From NCBI GenBank assembly GCA_025458915.1, contig JALORL010000004.1, positions 1,329 to 65,328 on the forward strand: 64,000 nucleotides of DNA. Reading direction: 5' to 3'. Position numbers and translations under genes: made by a program. This DNA comes from Hydrogenophaga sp. GTDB lineage: Bacteria > Pseudomonadota > Gammaproteobacteria > Burkholderiales > Burkholderiaceae_C. The notes below the pieces were generated by a model that searched no databases, was not told where the DNA came from, and saw only the letters and a list, made by a program, of their open reading frames with translations. Shown here one piece after another: positions 1-11,295 of this stretch (position 1 is the stretch's first letter; every line of letters starts with the position of its first letter).

Positions 1-367
1 GAAAGAGCAGCTCATGTTCGCTCGCGAAATGGAAAAGCTCGAAAAGGACATCGGTGGCATTCAGGACATGCCGGCTTTGCCCGACGCCATTTTCGTGATC
101 GATGTGGGGTTCCACAAAATCGCCGTGCTGGAGGCCCAAAAGCTGGGCATTCCTCTGGTGGGTGTGGTGGATACCAACCATTCGCCGGTCGGTATTGACT
201 ACGTGATCCCTGGTAACGATGACTCCGCCCGCGCTGTCGCGCTGTACGCCCGCGGCATCGCCGACGCGATCCTGGAAGGGCGTGCGAACGCCGTGAATGA
301 CGTGGTGAAGGCGGTCGCCAAGGAAGGCGACGAATTCGTCGAAGTGAAAGAAGACGCAGCGGCCTGA
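1..367 (+). CDS. rpsB: 30S ribosomal protein S2, 5'-truncated by window edge
   Basis: [31 protein letters not shown] motifs; directly upstream of tsf. Confidence 0.97.
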   Translation, partial: KEQLMFAREMEKLEKDIGGIQDMPALPDAIFVIDVGFHKIAVLEAQKLGIPLVGVVDTNHSPVGIDYVIPGNDDSARAVALYARGIADAILEGRANAVNDVVKAVAKEGDEFVEVKEDAAA

Positions 368-387
368 AGCGGCGCAGCGCAGACCCG

Positions 388-410
388 AGGGGCTCACGGG
401 GCCCCTTTTT
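388..410 (+). terminator. Intrinsic terminator/attenuator between rpsB and tsf
   Basis: AGGGGCTC-ACG-GGGCCCCT stem followed by a T run. Confidence 0.7.
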
Positions 411-481
411 CACAGCTTTAACCGACTAGTTGTATCCCGAATGCGGCCTGGAGCCGCTTGCTGGGACAAGGAGAAATGACA

Positions 482-1396
482 ATGGCTATTACTGCAAGCA
501 TGGTTGCCGAGTTGCGCGCCAAAACCGACGCGCCCATGATGGAATGCAAAAAGGCCCTGACCGAGGCCGACGGCGACATGGCCAAAGCCGAAGAGTTGCT
601 GCGTGTGAAACTGGGCACCAAGGCCGGCAAGGCCGCCAGCCGCGTGACGGCCGAGGGCGTCGTGGCCTGTCATATCGACGGTTCCACAGGTGCCATGGTG
701 GAAGTCAACTGTGAGACCGACTTCGTGACCAAGAACGACAGCTTTCTGGCGCTGGCCAGTGCGGCTGCCAGGCTCGTTGCCGCGAACGACCCAGCCGATA
801 TCGATGCTCTGGGCAAACTGCCATTCGAACTCGAAGGCTTTGGCCCCACCCTGGAAGATGTGCGCAAAGGTCTCATTGGCAAGATCGGCGAGAACATGAG
901 TTTTCGCCGCTTCAAGCGTTCCAGCGGTACGCCTTTGACCAGCTATGTTCATGGCACCCGCATCGGCGTTCTGGTCGAGTACGAAGGGAACGAAGCGGCT
1001 GCCAGGGACACCGCCATGCACATTGCTGCCATGAAACCAGTGTCTCTTACCAGTGCAGATGTGCCAGTTGAACTCATCGAGCGCGAGCGCTCGGTGGCTG
1101 CGGCCAAGGCCGATGAGGCCAACCGCGAGCTGGTGGCTGCTGGCAAGCCTGCTCAATCCCCCGAAATCACCGCCAAGCGAATCGACGGTGCAGTGCAGAA
1201 GTACCTCAAGGAAGTGTCCCTGTTCAATCAGGCCTTTGTGAAGAACGACAAACAGACGGTCGAACAGATGCTCAAGAGTGCCGGAGCAACCGTGAAAGCC
1301 TTCACGCTTTACGTTGTGGGCGAGGGCATCGAAAAGAAGGTGGACGACTTTGCCGCAGAAGTCGCCGCAACGGTGGCAGCCGCCAAAGGGGCCTGA
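482..1396 (+). CDS. tsf: Elongation factor Ts
   Basis: [35 protein letters not shown]; AAGGAG RBS 8 nt upstream of ATG 482. Confidence 0.97.
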   Translation: MAITASMVAELRAKTDAPMMECKKALTEADGDMAKAEELLRVKLGTKAGKAASRVTAEGVVACHIDGSTGAMVEVNCETDFVTKNDSFLALASAAARLVAANDPADIDALGKLPFELEGFGPTLEDVRKGLIGKIGENMSFRRFKRSSGTPLTSYVHGTRIGVLVEYEGNEAAARDTAMHIAAMKPVSLTSADVPVELIERERSVAAAKADEANRELVAAGKPAQSPEITAKRIDGAVQKYLKEVSLFNQAFVKNDKQTVEQMLKSAGATVKAFTLYVVGEGIEKKVDDFAAEVAATVAAAKGA

Positions 1397-1423
1397 GGCC
1401 GGGCGCTCTGTTGCTATCCCATA

Positions 1424-1453
1424 GCAAGAACGGGCCGAAAGGCCCGTTCTTGC
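1424..1453 (+). terminator. Perfect 13-bp hairpin after tsf (terminator-like)
   Basis: GCAAGAACGGGCC-GAAA-GGCCCGTTCTTGC. Confidence 0.7.
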
Positions 1454-1535
1454 GTGCGATCAAGCTTGCGCAGGCGGGGTGGGTGCCCGCTACACTCGCC
1501 CCCTGAGCGAATCCATCTGACATCAGAAAGTCGAC

Positions 1536-2246
1536 ATGCCAGCGTACAAACGCATCCTTCTCAAGCTCTCAGGTGAAGCCCTCATGGGTGACGATGCATT
1601 CGGCATCAACCGCGCCACCATCGTTCGCATGGTGGACGAGATCGCCGAGGTTACCCGCTTGGGAGTGGAAGTGGCCATCGTCATTGGTGGTGGGAACATC
1701 TTCCGGGGGGTGGCTGGAGGCTCGGTCGGCATGGACCGGGCAACGGCCGATTACATGGGCATGCTGGCGACCGTCATGAACTCTCTGGCGCTGGCCGATG
1801 CGCTCGACAAGGCGGGAGTTGTTGCACGGGTGATGTCCGCCATTGCGATCGAGCAGGTCGTGGAGCCTTACGTTCGTCCGAAGGCCTTGCAATACCTTGA
1901 AGAGGGCAAGGTCGTGGTGTTCGCTGCGGGCACTGGCAATCCGTTTTTCACCACCGACACGGCGGCAGCGCTACGGGGCGCAGAAATCGGTGCCGAGATC
2001 GTGCTCAAGGCGACCAAGGTGGACGGTGTCTATACCGCCGACCCCAACAAGGATTCCTCAGCAACACGGTATGCATCCATTTCCTTTGACGAAGCCATGG
2101 CCCGGAACCTTCAGGTGATGGATGCCACCGCATTTGCCCTGTGCCGCGACCAGAAGCTGCCTGTCAAGGTGTTCTCCATCTTCAAACCAGGCGCGCTCCG
2201 CAAGGTCGTGCTGGGAGGTGATGAGGGCACATTGGTGCATGTCTGA
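1536..2246 (+). CDS. pyrH: Uridylate kinase
   Basis: [33 protein letters not shown]. Confidence 0.97.
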   Translation: MPAYKRILLKLSGEALMGDDAFGINRATIVRMVDEIAEVTRLGVEVAIVIGGGNIFRGVAGGSVGMDRATADYMGMLATVMNSLALADALDKAGVVARVMSAIAIEQVVEPYVRPKALQYLEEGKVVVFAAGTGNPFFTTDTAAALRGAEIGAEIVLKATKVDGVYTADPNKDSSATRYASISFDEAMARNLQVMDATAFALCRDQKLPVKVFSIFKPGALRKVVLGGDEGTLVHV

Positions 2247-2283
2247 AACCCGCAGCTGACTTGAGACTAATTCGAGGATCACC

Positions 2284-2844
2284 ATGAGTACCGCTGAAAT
2301 CCGACAGACCGCTGAACACAAGATGCAACTGTCCATCGAGGCGTTCAAGCAAGGTCTGACCAAAATTCGTACCGGGCGCGCCAACCCGCAGTTGTTGGAC
2401 ACGGTGCATGTGGAGTATTACGGCTCGATGTTGCCGTTGTCGCAGGTCGCCAACCTGTCTCTGCTGGATGCGCGAACCATCGGCGTAGCGCCGTGGGAAA
2501 AAGGGATGGGTGCCAAGATTGAAAAGGCAATCCGGGAGTCCGATCTCGGTTTGAACCCTGCCAGTCAAGGCGATCTCATTCGTGTTCCGATGCCGCCCAT
2601 GACCGAAGAACGGCGCAAAGAGCTCACCAAAGTGGTCCGGGGCGATGGCGAGGCTGCCAAGATCGCCATTCGGAACCTTCGCCGCGATGCCAACGAGGCC
2701 GTCAAGAAGCTGGTCAAGGACAAGCTGGCCTCCGAGGACGACGAAAGACGCTCCCAGGACGACGTCCAGAAGCTCACGGATCGCATGATCGCAGAGGTCG
2801 ACCGGCTCGTGGCTGCCAAGGAGCAGGACATCATGGCCGTGTAA
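2284..2844 (+). CDS. frr: Ribosome recycling factor
   Basis: [28 protein letters not shown]. Confidence 0.97.
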   Translation: MSTAEIRQTAEHKMQLSIEAFKQGLTKIRTGRANPQLLDTVHVEYYGSMLPLSQVANLSLLDARTIGVAPWEKGMGAKIEKAIRESDLGLNPASQGDLIRVPMPPMTEERRKELTKVVRGDGEAAKIAIRNLRRDANEAVKKLVKDKLASEDDERRSQDDVQKLTDRMIAEVDRLVAAKEQDIMAV

Positions 2845-2874
2845 TTGCGCGGCGTTGATCGTGTCTCCCTATTG

Positions 2875-3648
2875 ATGGCTGCTGCTCACCCCCCCTTGCC
2901 CACCGCCGAATTGGTGCCCAGGCACATTGCCATCGTGATGGACGGCAATGGCCGTTGGGCCCAGAAAAGGTGGTTGCCGCGCGTGGCCGGCCACAAGCAG
3001 GGGGTGGACGCGTTGCGCAGAATCGTCGAGGCTTGCATTCGGCGTGGTGTAGGGGTTCTCACGGTGTTCGCGTTTTCATCTGAAAACTGGAGCCGTCCGC
3101 CGGAGGAGGTGTCGGGCCTCATGGAATTGCTGGCCATGGCGTTGTCCCGCGAGGTGCCCAAGCTGCAGGGCAACGGCGTTCAGCTGCACTTTCCAGGCGG
3201 GAGGGAAGGGCTATCCGAGAAGGTTGTTCTGGCCATGGAAGCGGCCGAAAAAAGTACTCAGGCTAACGACCGGCTGGTGCTCAACGTCTGCTTCAATTAC
3301 GGCGGCCGCTGGGACATGGTGCAGGCCGCACAGAAACTGGTCGCACAGGGCCGGGAGATCAGCGAAGCCAATCTGTCAGCGGCGATGGCACTGGCGCATG
3401 TGCCCGACCCCGATCTTCTGATCCGTACCGGCGGTGAACGCCGCATCAGCAATTTCCTGCTGTGGCAAACCGCTTACACCGAACTCTACTTTTCGGATCG
3501 ACTGTGGCCGGACTTCGATCAGGGCGACATAGACCAGGCAATCGCGGACTACGCAGGCCGGCAAAGGCGCTTTGGAAAAACTGCCGAGCAATGCGAGGCG
3601 GAAGCCTATGCCGGTGGCGCCGACCCGTCCGGGCGCTGTCATGCTTAA
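2875..3648 (+). CDS. uppS: Undecaprenyl diphosphate synthase
   Basis: HIAIVMDGNGRWA, FSSENW, IRTGGERRISNFLLWQ. Confidence 0.95.
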   Translation: MAAAHPPLPTAELVPRHIAIVMDGNGRWAQKRWLPRVAGHKQGVDALRRIVEACIRRGVGVLTVFAFSSENWSRPPEEVSGLMELLAMALSREVPKLQGNGVQLHFPGGREGLSEKVVLAMEAAEKSTQANDRLVLNVCFNYGGRWDMVQAAQKLVAQGREISEANLSAAMALAHVPDPDLLIRTGGERRISNFLLWQTAYTELYFSDRLWPDFDQGDIDQAIADYAGRQRRFGKTAEQCEAEAYAGGADPSGRCHA

Positions 3649-4474
3649 ACAACGTGTCCTGACTGCCCTGGCGCTGCTGGCCGTACTGTTGCCCGCCGTG
3701 TTTCACCCGGACACCACTGCGTTCACGGCGCTAAGTCTGGCGCTCGTGGTGGCCGCAGCCTGGGAGTGGGCGCGGCTGAACGGCTGCAATCAGTGGACGG
3801 GCCTGGTGCTGGCGCTGGTTCTGGGGCTGGTGATTGCGGCTTTCTGGTGGGCGGGCGGTCTTGGGTATTCCTGGCGCAGCGCTTGGCTGGCTGTGGGAGG
3901 ACTTTGGGTGGTCCTATCTGTTGCCATGCTCAAGCGGGGCGTGGCAGGGTGGTCATCTTGGCCGATTGGCTTGCGGCTTGGGATCGGTCTTTGCCTTATC
4001 GCCTTTGCCTGGCTGGCTCTCGTGCAGGCACGTCAGCTGGGTCTTAGCTTTCTGCTGTCCACGTTGTTGCTGGTCTGGATGGCTGACGTCGCTGCCTACT
4101 TCGGTGGGAAGGCCCTTGGAAGACGCAAACTCGCCCCGTCGATCAGTCCTGCGAAAAGCTGGGAGGGCGCCATCAGCGGGTTGGTGGGCGTATTTTTGCT
4201 TGGGGCTGTCTGGGTCTGGGCCGATGCTTCTGGCTGGGGCGACCAGGGCAGTCTTTACCACCATCTTTGGCAATTGGGCCCTGTTCTGGGAATTCTTGCG
4301 CTGTTGTTCCTGACGGCCATGAGCGTTGCAGGCGACCTGCTGGAGTCGCTGGTCAAGCGAAGCGCAGGCGTGAAGGACTCGAGCCATCTGTTGCCCGGAC
4401 ATGGTGGTGTCCTCGACAGGGTGGACGCGCTTTTGCCGGTACTTCCCCTGGCGATGATGCTGGCCACACTCTGA
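3641..4474 (+). CDS. cdsA: Phosphatidate cytidylyltransferase
   Basis: Polytopic membrane protein; ISPAKSWEG, KRSAGVKDS..LPGHGGVLDRVD. Confidence 0.95.
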   Translation: MLKQRVLTALALLAVLLPAVFHPDTTAFTALSLALVVAAAWEWARLNGCNQWTGLVLALVLGLVIAAFWWAGGLGYSWRSAWLAVGGLWVVLSVAMLKRGVAGWSSWPIGLRLGIGLCLIAFAWLALVQARQLGLSFLLSTLLLVWMADVAAYFGGKALGRRKLAPSISPAKSWEGAISGLVGVFLLGAVWVWADASGWGDQGSLYHHLWQLGPVLGILALLFLTAMSVAGDLLESLVKRSAGVKDSSHLLPGHGGVLDRVDALLPVLPLAMMLATL

Positions 4475-4481
4475 AAGCGAC

Positions 4482-5666
4482 ATGACCGAACTGCAATCCA
4501 TCACCATCCTGGGCTCTACCGGCTCGATAGGCACCAACACACTGGATGTCCTGGCGCGTCACCCGGGCCGTTTCAGGATTCATGCGCTGACTGCGTCGAC
4601 CCGGGTCGACGCACTGCTGGAGCAGTGCGTGCGTTTCCGTCCGCGATTTGCGGTGATGTCCAGCCCTCCGCACGCCAGTGCGCTGCGTGACCGCGTCAGG
4701 GCGTTGGCGCTGCCGGTCGAGGTGTTGTCTGGAGATGAAGCGCTCTGCGAGGTGAGTGCATCGACCGAGGTGGACATCGTCATGGCCGCCATTGTCGGGG
4801 CGGCAGGGTTGGCACCCAGTCTTGCCGCAGCGTCTGCGGGAAAGAAGCTGTTGCTGGCCAACAAGGAGGCTCTGGTGGTCGGGGGGCAGCTGTTCATGGA
4901 TGCAGTCAGGACAGGCGGCGCCACGCTGCTGCCAATCGACAGCGAACATTCCGCCATCTTTCAATGCTTGCCGGAACATCCCAGTCACTGGCCGGATCGC
5001 CTTGATCACATCTTGCTGACGTCCTCGGGCGGGCCATTCCGCGATACGCCACTGGCAGACCTGGCGGCCATGACCCCTGCACAGGCATGTGCCCACCCCA
5101 ATTTCGTGATGGGACGCAAGATCTCCGTGGATTCAGCAACGATGATGAACAAGGCGCTGGAGGTCATCGAGGCCCGCTGGCTGTTTGATCTGCCCGGGTC
5201 GCAGATCAAGGTTCTCATCCACCCACAACAGATCATCCACTCCATGGTGCAGTTCAAGGACACATCGGTGCTCGCTCAGCTCGGAACACCCGACATGCGT
5301 GTGCCGATCGCCTATGGCTTGTCCTGGCCGGAGCGAATGGACAGTGGCGCACAGCCGCTGGACTTCGGAACCCTGGCATCACTGACCTTCCGGGAGCCAG
5401 AGCGAGCCCGCTATCCGGGTCTGTATCTGTCGTGGGAGGTACTGGACGCGCCGCAGGGCACCACGGCAGTCCTCAACGCCGCCAATGAAGTCGCCGTGGC
5501 CGCGTTCCTGGCCGAAGGCCTGCGGTTCGACCGGATTCACGCGGTCAACCATGCAACTTTGGCTGCCTTGGTACCCTCCAAACCGGCAAATCTGCAGGAC
5601 CTCCTGGCCATCGACCGGGAAGCGCGCAGCGTCGCACAGACCCAGGTTCGCAGGCTCGCTGCCTGA
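4482..5666 (+). CDS. dxr: 1-deoxy-D-xylulose 5-phosphate reductoisomerase
   Basis: LGSTGSIG, LANKE, PIDSEH, MGRKISVDSATMMNK. Confidence 0.97.
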   Translation: MTELQSITILGSTGSIGTNTLDVLARHPGRFRIHALTASTRVDALLEQCVRFRPRFAVMSSPPHASALRDRVRALALPVEVLSGDEALCEVSASTEVDIVMAAIVGAAGLAPSLAAASAGKKLLLANKEALVVGGQLFMDAVRTGGATLLPIDSEHSAIFQCLPEHPSHWPDRLDHILLTSSGGPFRDTPLADLAAMTPAQACAHPNFVMGRKISVDSATMMNKALEVIEARWLFDLPGSQIKVLIHPQQIIHSMVQFKDTSVLAQLGTPDMRVPIAYGLSWPERMDSGAQPLDFGTLASLTFREPERARYPGLYLSWEVLDAPQGTTAVLNAANEVAVAAFLAEGLRFDRIHAVNHATLAALVPSKPANLQDLLAIDREARSVAQTQVRRLAA

Positions 5667-5720
5667 ACCCATGTCAGACGTCTGCCGGCGTCTTTTGCCC
5701 CTGCGCTGAGGAAAGAAGCC

Positions 5721-7085
5721 ATGCTCACCATCGTTGCCTTTGTCGTCGCACTTGGCCTGTTGATCGCCATCCACGAGTACGGGCACTATCGGGTCGCGGT
5801 GGCTTGTGGGGTCAAGGTATTGCGGTTCTCGGTCGGATTCGGAAAACCGCTGTTGACCTGGCGGCGCAAGAACAGCCCCACCGAATTCGTGCTGTGCGCG
5901 CTACCGCTGGGAGGTTACGTGCGAATGCTGGACGAGCGTGAAGCCCCGGTGGACCCTGCGGAAAGGCATCTGGCGTTCAACACACAGCCGTTGCGCTCGA
6001 GGGCTGCGATCGTGGCGGCAGGGCCTGCGGCCAATCTGTTGCTGGCGGTGTTTTTGTATGCGCTGGTCAACTGGAGTGGCGTCGAAGAACCCAAAGCGAT
6101 CCTCGCCAGCCCTGCCGCTGGATCGTTGGCAGAACGTGCGGGGCTGGCCAGCGGTGACCGTGTGCTGCAGATTGCCCAGGGTGACGAGGCGCCAGTGGAA
6201 ATGGGGTCGTTTGGTGATCTCCGGTGGCGCTTGACCCAGGCTGCGCTTTCGCGGGAAGACATGACGCTCTGGGTGGCGCAGGGCGAGGGCACTCCTGTGC
6301 GCGAAGTCCGTCTGCCTCTCGGGGAGCTGGATGTGCGGGAGGTGGATGCCACCCTTTTTGAACGGATGGGCATCACGGCACCATGGAGTGCGCCCGTGGT
6401 GGGCAGGGTGATGCAGGGAGGTGCTGCCGAGGCAGCCGGTTTGCAACCGGATGACCGCGTACGGGCTGTGGATGGCCGCCCGATGTCCGACGGACAGGAG
6501 TTACGGGCGACGATCGCCGGTGCTGTGGGGTCCGATGGGCAGCGGCAGACCCAGCAATGGACGGTCGAGCGCGACGGGCGAACCGTCTCTCTGACCGTCA
6601 CGCCATCGGCCGAGCAGGTGGAAGGTGTCTGGATAGGCCGGGTGGGTGCCTTCATCGGGGCGGCACCCGAACTCGTGACGGTGCGCTATGGCCCGATTGA
6701 CGGCGTGGTGCAGGGCGTGGTGCGAACGTGGGAGGTGTCCTGGCTGACACTCAAGATGATGGGACGCATGCTGATTGGCGAGGCCTCTGTCAAGAACCTC
6801 AGCGGACCACTCACCATTGCAGACTATGCCGGCAAGTCGGCCAGCCTGGGGCTCACCTCCTATCTGCTGTTCCTTGCCCTGATCAGCGTCAGTCTCGGTG
6901 TGTTGAACCTGCTCCCGCTGCCGGTCCTCGATGGCGGGCACCTGATGTATTATCTTTGGGAAGGTGTCACGGGGCGCAGCGTGTCTGATGCCTGGATGGA
7001 GCGCCTGCAGCGCGGAGGTGTGCTCGTGCTGATGGCGCTCATGTCCGTTGCCTTGTTCAACGATGTGGTCCGACTGACGGGCTGA
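5721..7085 (+). CDS. rseP: RIP metalloprotease RseP
   Basis: HEYGH zinc motif, two PDZ-like regions, NLLPLPVLDGG. Confidence 0.95.
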   Translation: MLTIVAFVVALGLLIAIHEYGHYRVAVACGVKVLRFSVGFGKPLLTWRRKNSPTEFVLCALPLGGYVRMLDEREAPVDPAERHLAFNTQPLRSRAAIVAAGPAANLLLAVFLYALVNWSGVEEPKAILASPAAGSLAERAGLASGDRVLQIAQGDEAPVEMGSFGDLRWRLTQAALSREDMTLWVAQGEGTPVREVRLPLGELDVREVDATLFERMGITAPWSAPVVGRVMQGGAAEAAGLQPDDRVRAVDGRPMSDGQELRATIAGAVGSDGQRQTQQWTVERDGRTVSLTVTPSAEQVEGVWIGRVGAFIGAAPELVTVRYGPIDGVVQGVVRTWEVSWLTLKMMGRMLIGEASVKNLSGPLTIADYAGKSASLGLTSYLLFLALISVSLGVLNLLPLPVLDGGHLMYYLWEGVTGRSVSDAWMERLQRGGVLVLMALMSVALFNDVVRLTG

Positions 7086-7098
7086 ACACTTCCCTCCC

Positions 7099-9279
7099 AT
7101 GAAAAATCATCACCTTGGCTGGCGTGGATTGACCCTTTCCGCGCTGGCGGCTTCGTTGCTGTCTGCGTTGCCCGCATGGGCTGTCGACCCGTTCACGCTA
7201 CGCGATATTCGGGTCGAAGGATTGCAGCGGGTAGAGCCCGGGACGGTGTTTGCGTCCCTGCCGTTTCGCATTGGCGACCAGTACAACGATGACAAGGGTT
7301 CCACCGCCATTCGCTCCCTGTTTGGCCTGGGTCTGTTCAGCGATGTAAGGCTTCAGGTCAATGGCGATGTGCTGGTGGTGATCGTCGAGGAGCGCCCGTC
7401 GGTCTTGGACATCAGCTTTTCCGGCATCAAGGAATTCGATGCAGACGTGCTGGAAAAAGCCCTGCGTGACATCGGACTCACCGAAGGCCGGCCGTTTGAC
7501 AAGGCGCTGGCGGACCGCGCGGAGCAGGAGCTCAAGCGCCAGTACATCAATCGCAGCATGTACGCTGCCACGGTCACGACCACGGTCACGCCAACGGAAA
7601 GAAACCAGGTCAACCTGAACTTCAGTGTGGTCGAGGGCGAAGTCGCCAAGATCCGGGACATCCGCATCGTTGGTAGCCAGGCTTTCCCGGAAGCTACCTT
7701 GCGCGGTCTGTTCGACCTTGATACGGGTGGCTGGCTCAGCTGGTACACCAAGTCGGACCGTTACTCCCGCGAAAAGCTCAACGCCGATCTTGAGAAGTTG
7801 CGTTCCTATTACCTGACGCGCGGGTATCTGGAGTTCCGGATCGATTCCACCCAGGTGGCCATTGATCCCGACAAGGATGGCATGTCCATCACCATCAACA
7901 TCACAGAGGGCAACCGCTTTGTGGTGTCTTCCGTCGCGCTGGAGGGTGAATACCTCGACAAGGACGAAGAGTTCAAGCGGCTGGTGACCTTGCAGGCAGG
8001 TGAGGCCTACAACGCGGAAGAGGTGGCCAACACGGTCAAGGCTTTCACCGACTACTTTGGCGCTTTCGGCTATGCGTTCGCGCAGGTGGAGGCGGTGCCG
8101 CAAATTGATCGCGAGTCCAACCAGGTGTCGTTCGTCATCCAGGCACAGCCCCAGCGCCGCGTGTACGTGCGGCGCATCAACGTCGAGGGCAACAACCGCA
8201 CCCGGGACGAAGTGATCCGCCGGGAGTTCCGCCAGTTGGAGTCGGCTTGGTACGACACGGACAGGATTCGCCTTTCCCGCGACCGAGTCGACCGGTTGGG
8301 GTTTTTCACGGAAGTCGGGATTGACACCCAGCCCGTGTCTGGAACGCCCGACCAGGTGGATCTGGTGGTCTCTGTTGCCGAAAAGCCGACCGGGAATCTG
8401 TCGATCGGTGCCGGGTATTCCCAGGCCGACAAGCTTTCCTTCCTCGCTGGCATTCAACAGGAAAACGTGTTCGGCTCTGGCAACTATCTGGGCCTGAACG
8501 TGAACACCAGCAAGTTCAACCGGCAGTTTGTGCTAAGCACCACGGATCCCTACTTCACCCCCGAAGGTATTTCAAGGACCTACGACCTCTACTACAAAAC
8601 CACCCGGCCGTTCACCGAACAGGGCGGGGACTACCGTATCGTCACCCGCGGGGTGGGCGTGCGGTTCGGTGTGCCCTTCACCGAGCGGGACACTGTGTTT
8701 TTCGGCATTGGTGGCGAAGATATCCGGATCGACGAAGGGAACCAGCTGCCGGTAGCCTACCGGGACCAGGACGGCACTTACATTCCAGCCACCATCGGCT
8801 GGACGCGGGATGGGCGTGACAGCGCCCTCGTCCCCAACGAGGGGCGGCTTCAGCGTCTCAACACGGAATTTGGTCTCAGCAGCGACAAGCGGTATGTCAA
8901 ACTGAACTACCAGCTGCAGCAGTACATCCCACTGACGCGGCAATACACCCTGGCTTTCAATGGCGAACTCGGGATCGGCCGTGGCATCAATGGCGACTTC
9001 CCGGTTCTGAAAAATTTCTATGGTGGTGGCCTGGGTTCGGTTCGGGGCTTCGACCAAGGGACGCTGGGTCCACGTTCGGAGGTGATCGGCTCGACCACGG
9101 GCGAAACGGTCAATGTAGGCGGAGCGAAAAACGTCGTTCTGAACGCGGAGTTCATCGCGCCTTTCCCCGGCGCTGGCAACGACCGCACGCTGCGCATGTT
9201 CGCATTCGTGGACGTCGGCAACGTGTACGGGGAACGCGAGAAAATCACCTTGTCCGACATGCGTGCCTCTGCGGGTGTG
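7099..9279 (+). CDS. bamA: Outer-membrane assembly factor BamA; lacks about 40 C-terminal residues and reads in-frame into skp (single ORF 7099..9774)
   Basis: Signal peptide, POTRA domains (DIRVEGLQRV), VRGF motif; BamA sequence ends at DMRASAGV with no stop and no final beta-strands. Confidence 0.92.
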
Positions 9280-9774
9280 CGGACTGCCGCCCTGGTAGCC
9301 GTGTCTGGCTTGATGGCGCTGTCGGCGATGGCGCAGGAATTCCGCATCGGGTTTGTCAATACCGACCGCATCTTTCGTGAAGCCTCCCTGGCCAAGGCGG
9401 CGCAGACCAAACTGGAGCAGGAATTCCTGCGCCGGGAGAAGGAGGTGCAGAACCTGGCCACCCAGTTGAAGGCGGCTTCGGAGAAATTCGAGCGCGAGGC
9501 CCCGACGCTTCCCGAAAGCCAGCGCGTCATCCGTCAGCGCCAGCTCATTACCCAGGACCAGGAATTCCAGCGCAAACAGCGTGAGTTCCAGGAAGACCTC
9601 AACTTGCGCAAGAACGAAGAGCTGCAGGCGGTGCTGGAACGGGCCAACCGCGTGATCAAGCAGATTGCCGAGGCGGAGAAGTACGATCTCGTGATTCAGG
9701 AAGCGGTCTACATCAATCCCAAGCACGACATCACGGACAAGGTGCTCAACAGCCTCAACAGCGGCGCCAAATAA
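9280..9774 (+). CDS. skp: Periplasmic chaperone Skp/OmpH; start and n-region missing, fused to bamA
   Basis: Signal h-region [18 protein letters not shown] then QEFRIGFVN...[22 protein letters not shown]; canonical position between bamA and lpxD. Confidence 0.9.
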   Translation, partial: RTAALVAVSGLMALSAMAQEFRIGFVNTDRIFREASLAKAAQTKLEQEFLRREKEVQNLATQLKAASEKFEREAPTLPESQRVIRQRQLITQDQEFQRKQREFQEDLNLRKNEELQAVLERANRVIKQIAEAEKYDLVIQEAVYINPKHDITDKVLNSLNSGAK

Positions 9775-9791
9775 TCTGCAGGGAACACCAA

Positions 9792-10844
9792 ATGCCAACG
9801 TCCCTGGGAGCCATTGTCGAGGCCTTGGGGGGTGTTCTCTCGGGGTCGACTGAGACCCAAGTCACTCGGCTGGCGTCGCTGTCGAACGCGCAAAAGGGGG
9901 ACCTGTCGTTCATTGCGCAGGCCCGCTATGCGGCGCAACTGTCCACCACCCATGCCAGCGCCCTGGTTGTTCCGCCCAGCCTGCAGGAGCTGGCAGCTGC
10001 ACGGGGTGCATGCATCGTCACTGACGATCCCTATCTGTACTTTGCCAGGCTCACCCAATGGTGGGCGGCTCTGCACAACGCGCCTGCGCAGCCCGAGATT
10101 CATCCCACCGCCCAGATACATCCTGACGCGCAATTGGCCAGCGGCGTGGACATCGGCCCGTTTGCGGTGGTTGAAGCAGGGGCCTCTCTGGCCTCGGGCT
10201 GCCGGGTCGGTGCGCACACCGTGGTGGGCCGACGTGCCGTGATCGGAGCGAACACGCTTCTGTACCCACGGGTCGTTGTGGGCGAGCGTTGCACGATCGG
10301 CGAGCGGTGCATTGTGCACGCCGGGGTGGTCATCGGAGCTGATGGTTTCGGTTTTGCGCCGTCGAACCGTACCTGGGTCAAGATTGAGCAACTGGGTGCG
10401 GTGCGCATAGGCAACGATGTCGAGATCGGTGCCAATACCTGCATCGACCGCGGTGCACTGGAAGATACGGTGATCGAAGATGGCGTGAAGCTGGACAATC
10501 TGATCCAGATAGGACACAACGTCCGTGTGGGGGCGCATACGGCCATGGCGGGTTGTGTTGGTGTGGCGGGAAGTGCTGATATCGGCGCCCACTGCACCGT
10601 TGGTGGCGGTGCCATTGTGTTGGGACACCTGAAGCTCGCCGATGGCGTTAACGTGTCCGCCGCATCCGTGGTGACGCGCTCCATTGCCAGACCGGGTCTG
10701 TATACCGGCATGTTTCCCATCGACGACAATGCGGCATGGGAGAAGAATGCTGCCTCCCTGAAACAGCTCAACCGCTTGCGTGAACGGCTCAAGGCCGTGG
10801 AGCAAGCCATCGCGCAAGCCACCGAACCCAGAAAAACACCATGA
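9792..10844 (+). CDS. lpxD: UDP-3-O-acylglucosamine N-acyltransferase
   Basis: Hexapeptide repeats, [19 protein letters not shown]. Confidence 0.96.
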   Translation: MPTSLGAIVEALGGVLSGSTETQVTRLASLSNAQKGDLSFIAQARYAAQLSTTHASALVVPPSLQELAAARGACIVTDDPYLYFARLTQWWAALHNAPAQPEIHPTAQIHPDAQLASGVDIGPFAVVEAGASLASGCRVGAHTVVGRRAVIGANTLLYPRVVVGERCTIGERCIVHAGVVIGADGFGFAPSNRTWVKIEQLGAVRIGNDVEIGANTCIDRGALEDTVIEDGVKLDNLIQIGHNVRVGAHTAMAGCVGVAGSADIGAHCTVGGGAIVLGHLKLADGVNVSAASVVTRSIARPGLYTGMFPIDDNAAWEKNAASLKQLNRLRERLKAVEQAIAQATEPRKTP

Positions 10845-11281
10845 TGGACATTCATCAGATCCGCAAACAACTGCCGCACCGTTACCCGTTTCTTCTGGTG
10901 GATCGGGTGCTGGAAATCGAAAAGGGCAAACGCATCAAGGCCATCAAGAATGTCACCATCAACGAGCCTTTCTTCGGCGGCCATTTCCCGAACCGACCCG
11001 TGATGCCGGGTGTGCTGATGCTTGAGGCCATGGCACAGGCTGCAGCGTTGCTGGCGTTTGACACAGCCGGGGTCACCATGGACGACAACACGGTGTATTA
11101 CTTCGCTGGTATCGACGGCGCCCGGTTCAAGCGCCCGGTAGAGCCTGGAGATCAGCTGGTGATGGACGTGGCGCTTGATCGTGTCAAGGCTGGAATCTAC
11201 AAGTTCAAGGGCGTGATCCACGTCGGCGACGATGTGGCTTGCGAGGCTGAACTGATGTGCACCATGCGCACAGTGTCCTGA
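10841..11281 (+). CDS. fabZ: 3-hydroxyacyl-ACP dehydratase
   Basis: [31 protein letters not shown]. Confidence 0.97.
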   Translation: MMDIHQIRKQLPHRYPFLLVDRVLEIEKGKRIKAIKNVTINEPFFGGHFPNRPVMPGVLMLEAMAQAAALLAFDTAGVTMDDNTVYYFAGIDGARFKRPVEPGDQLVMDVALDRVKAGIYKFKGVIHVGDDVACEAELMCTMRTVS

Positions 11282-11295
11282 CCGGGAGACTCGGC

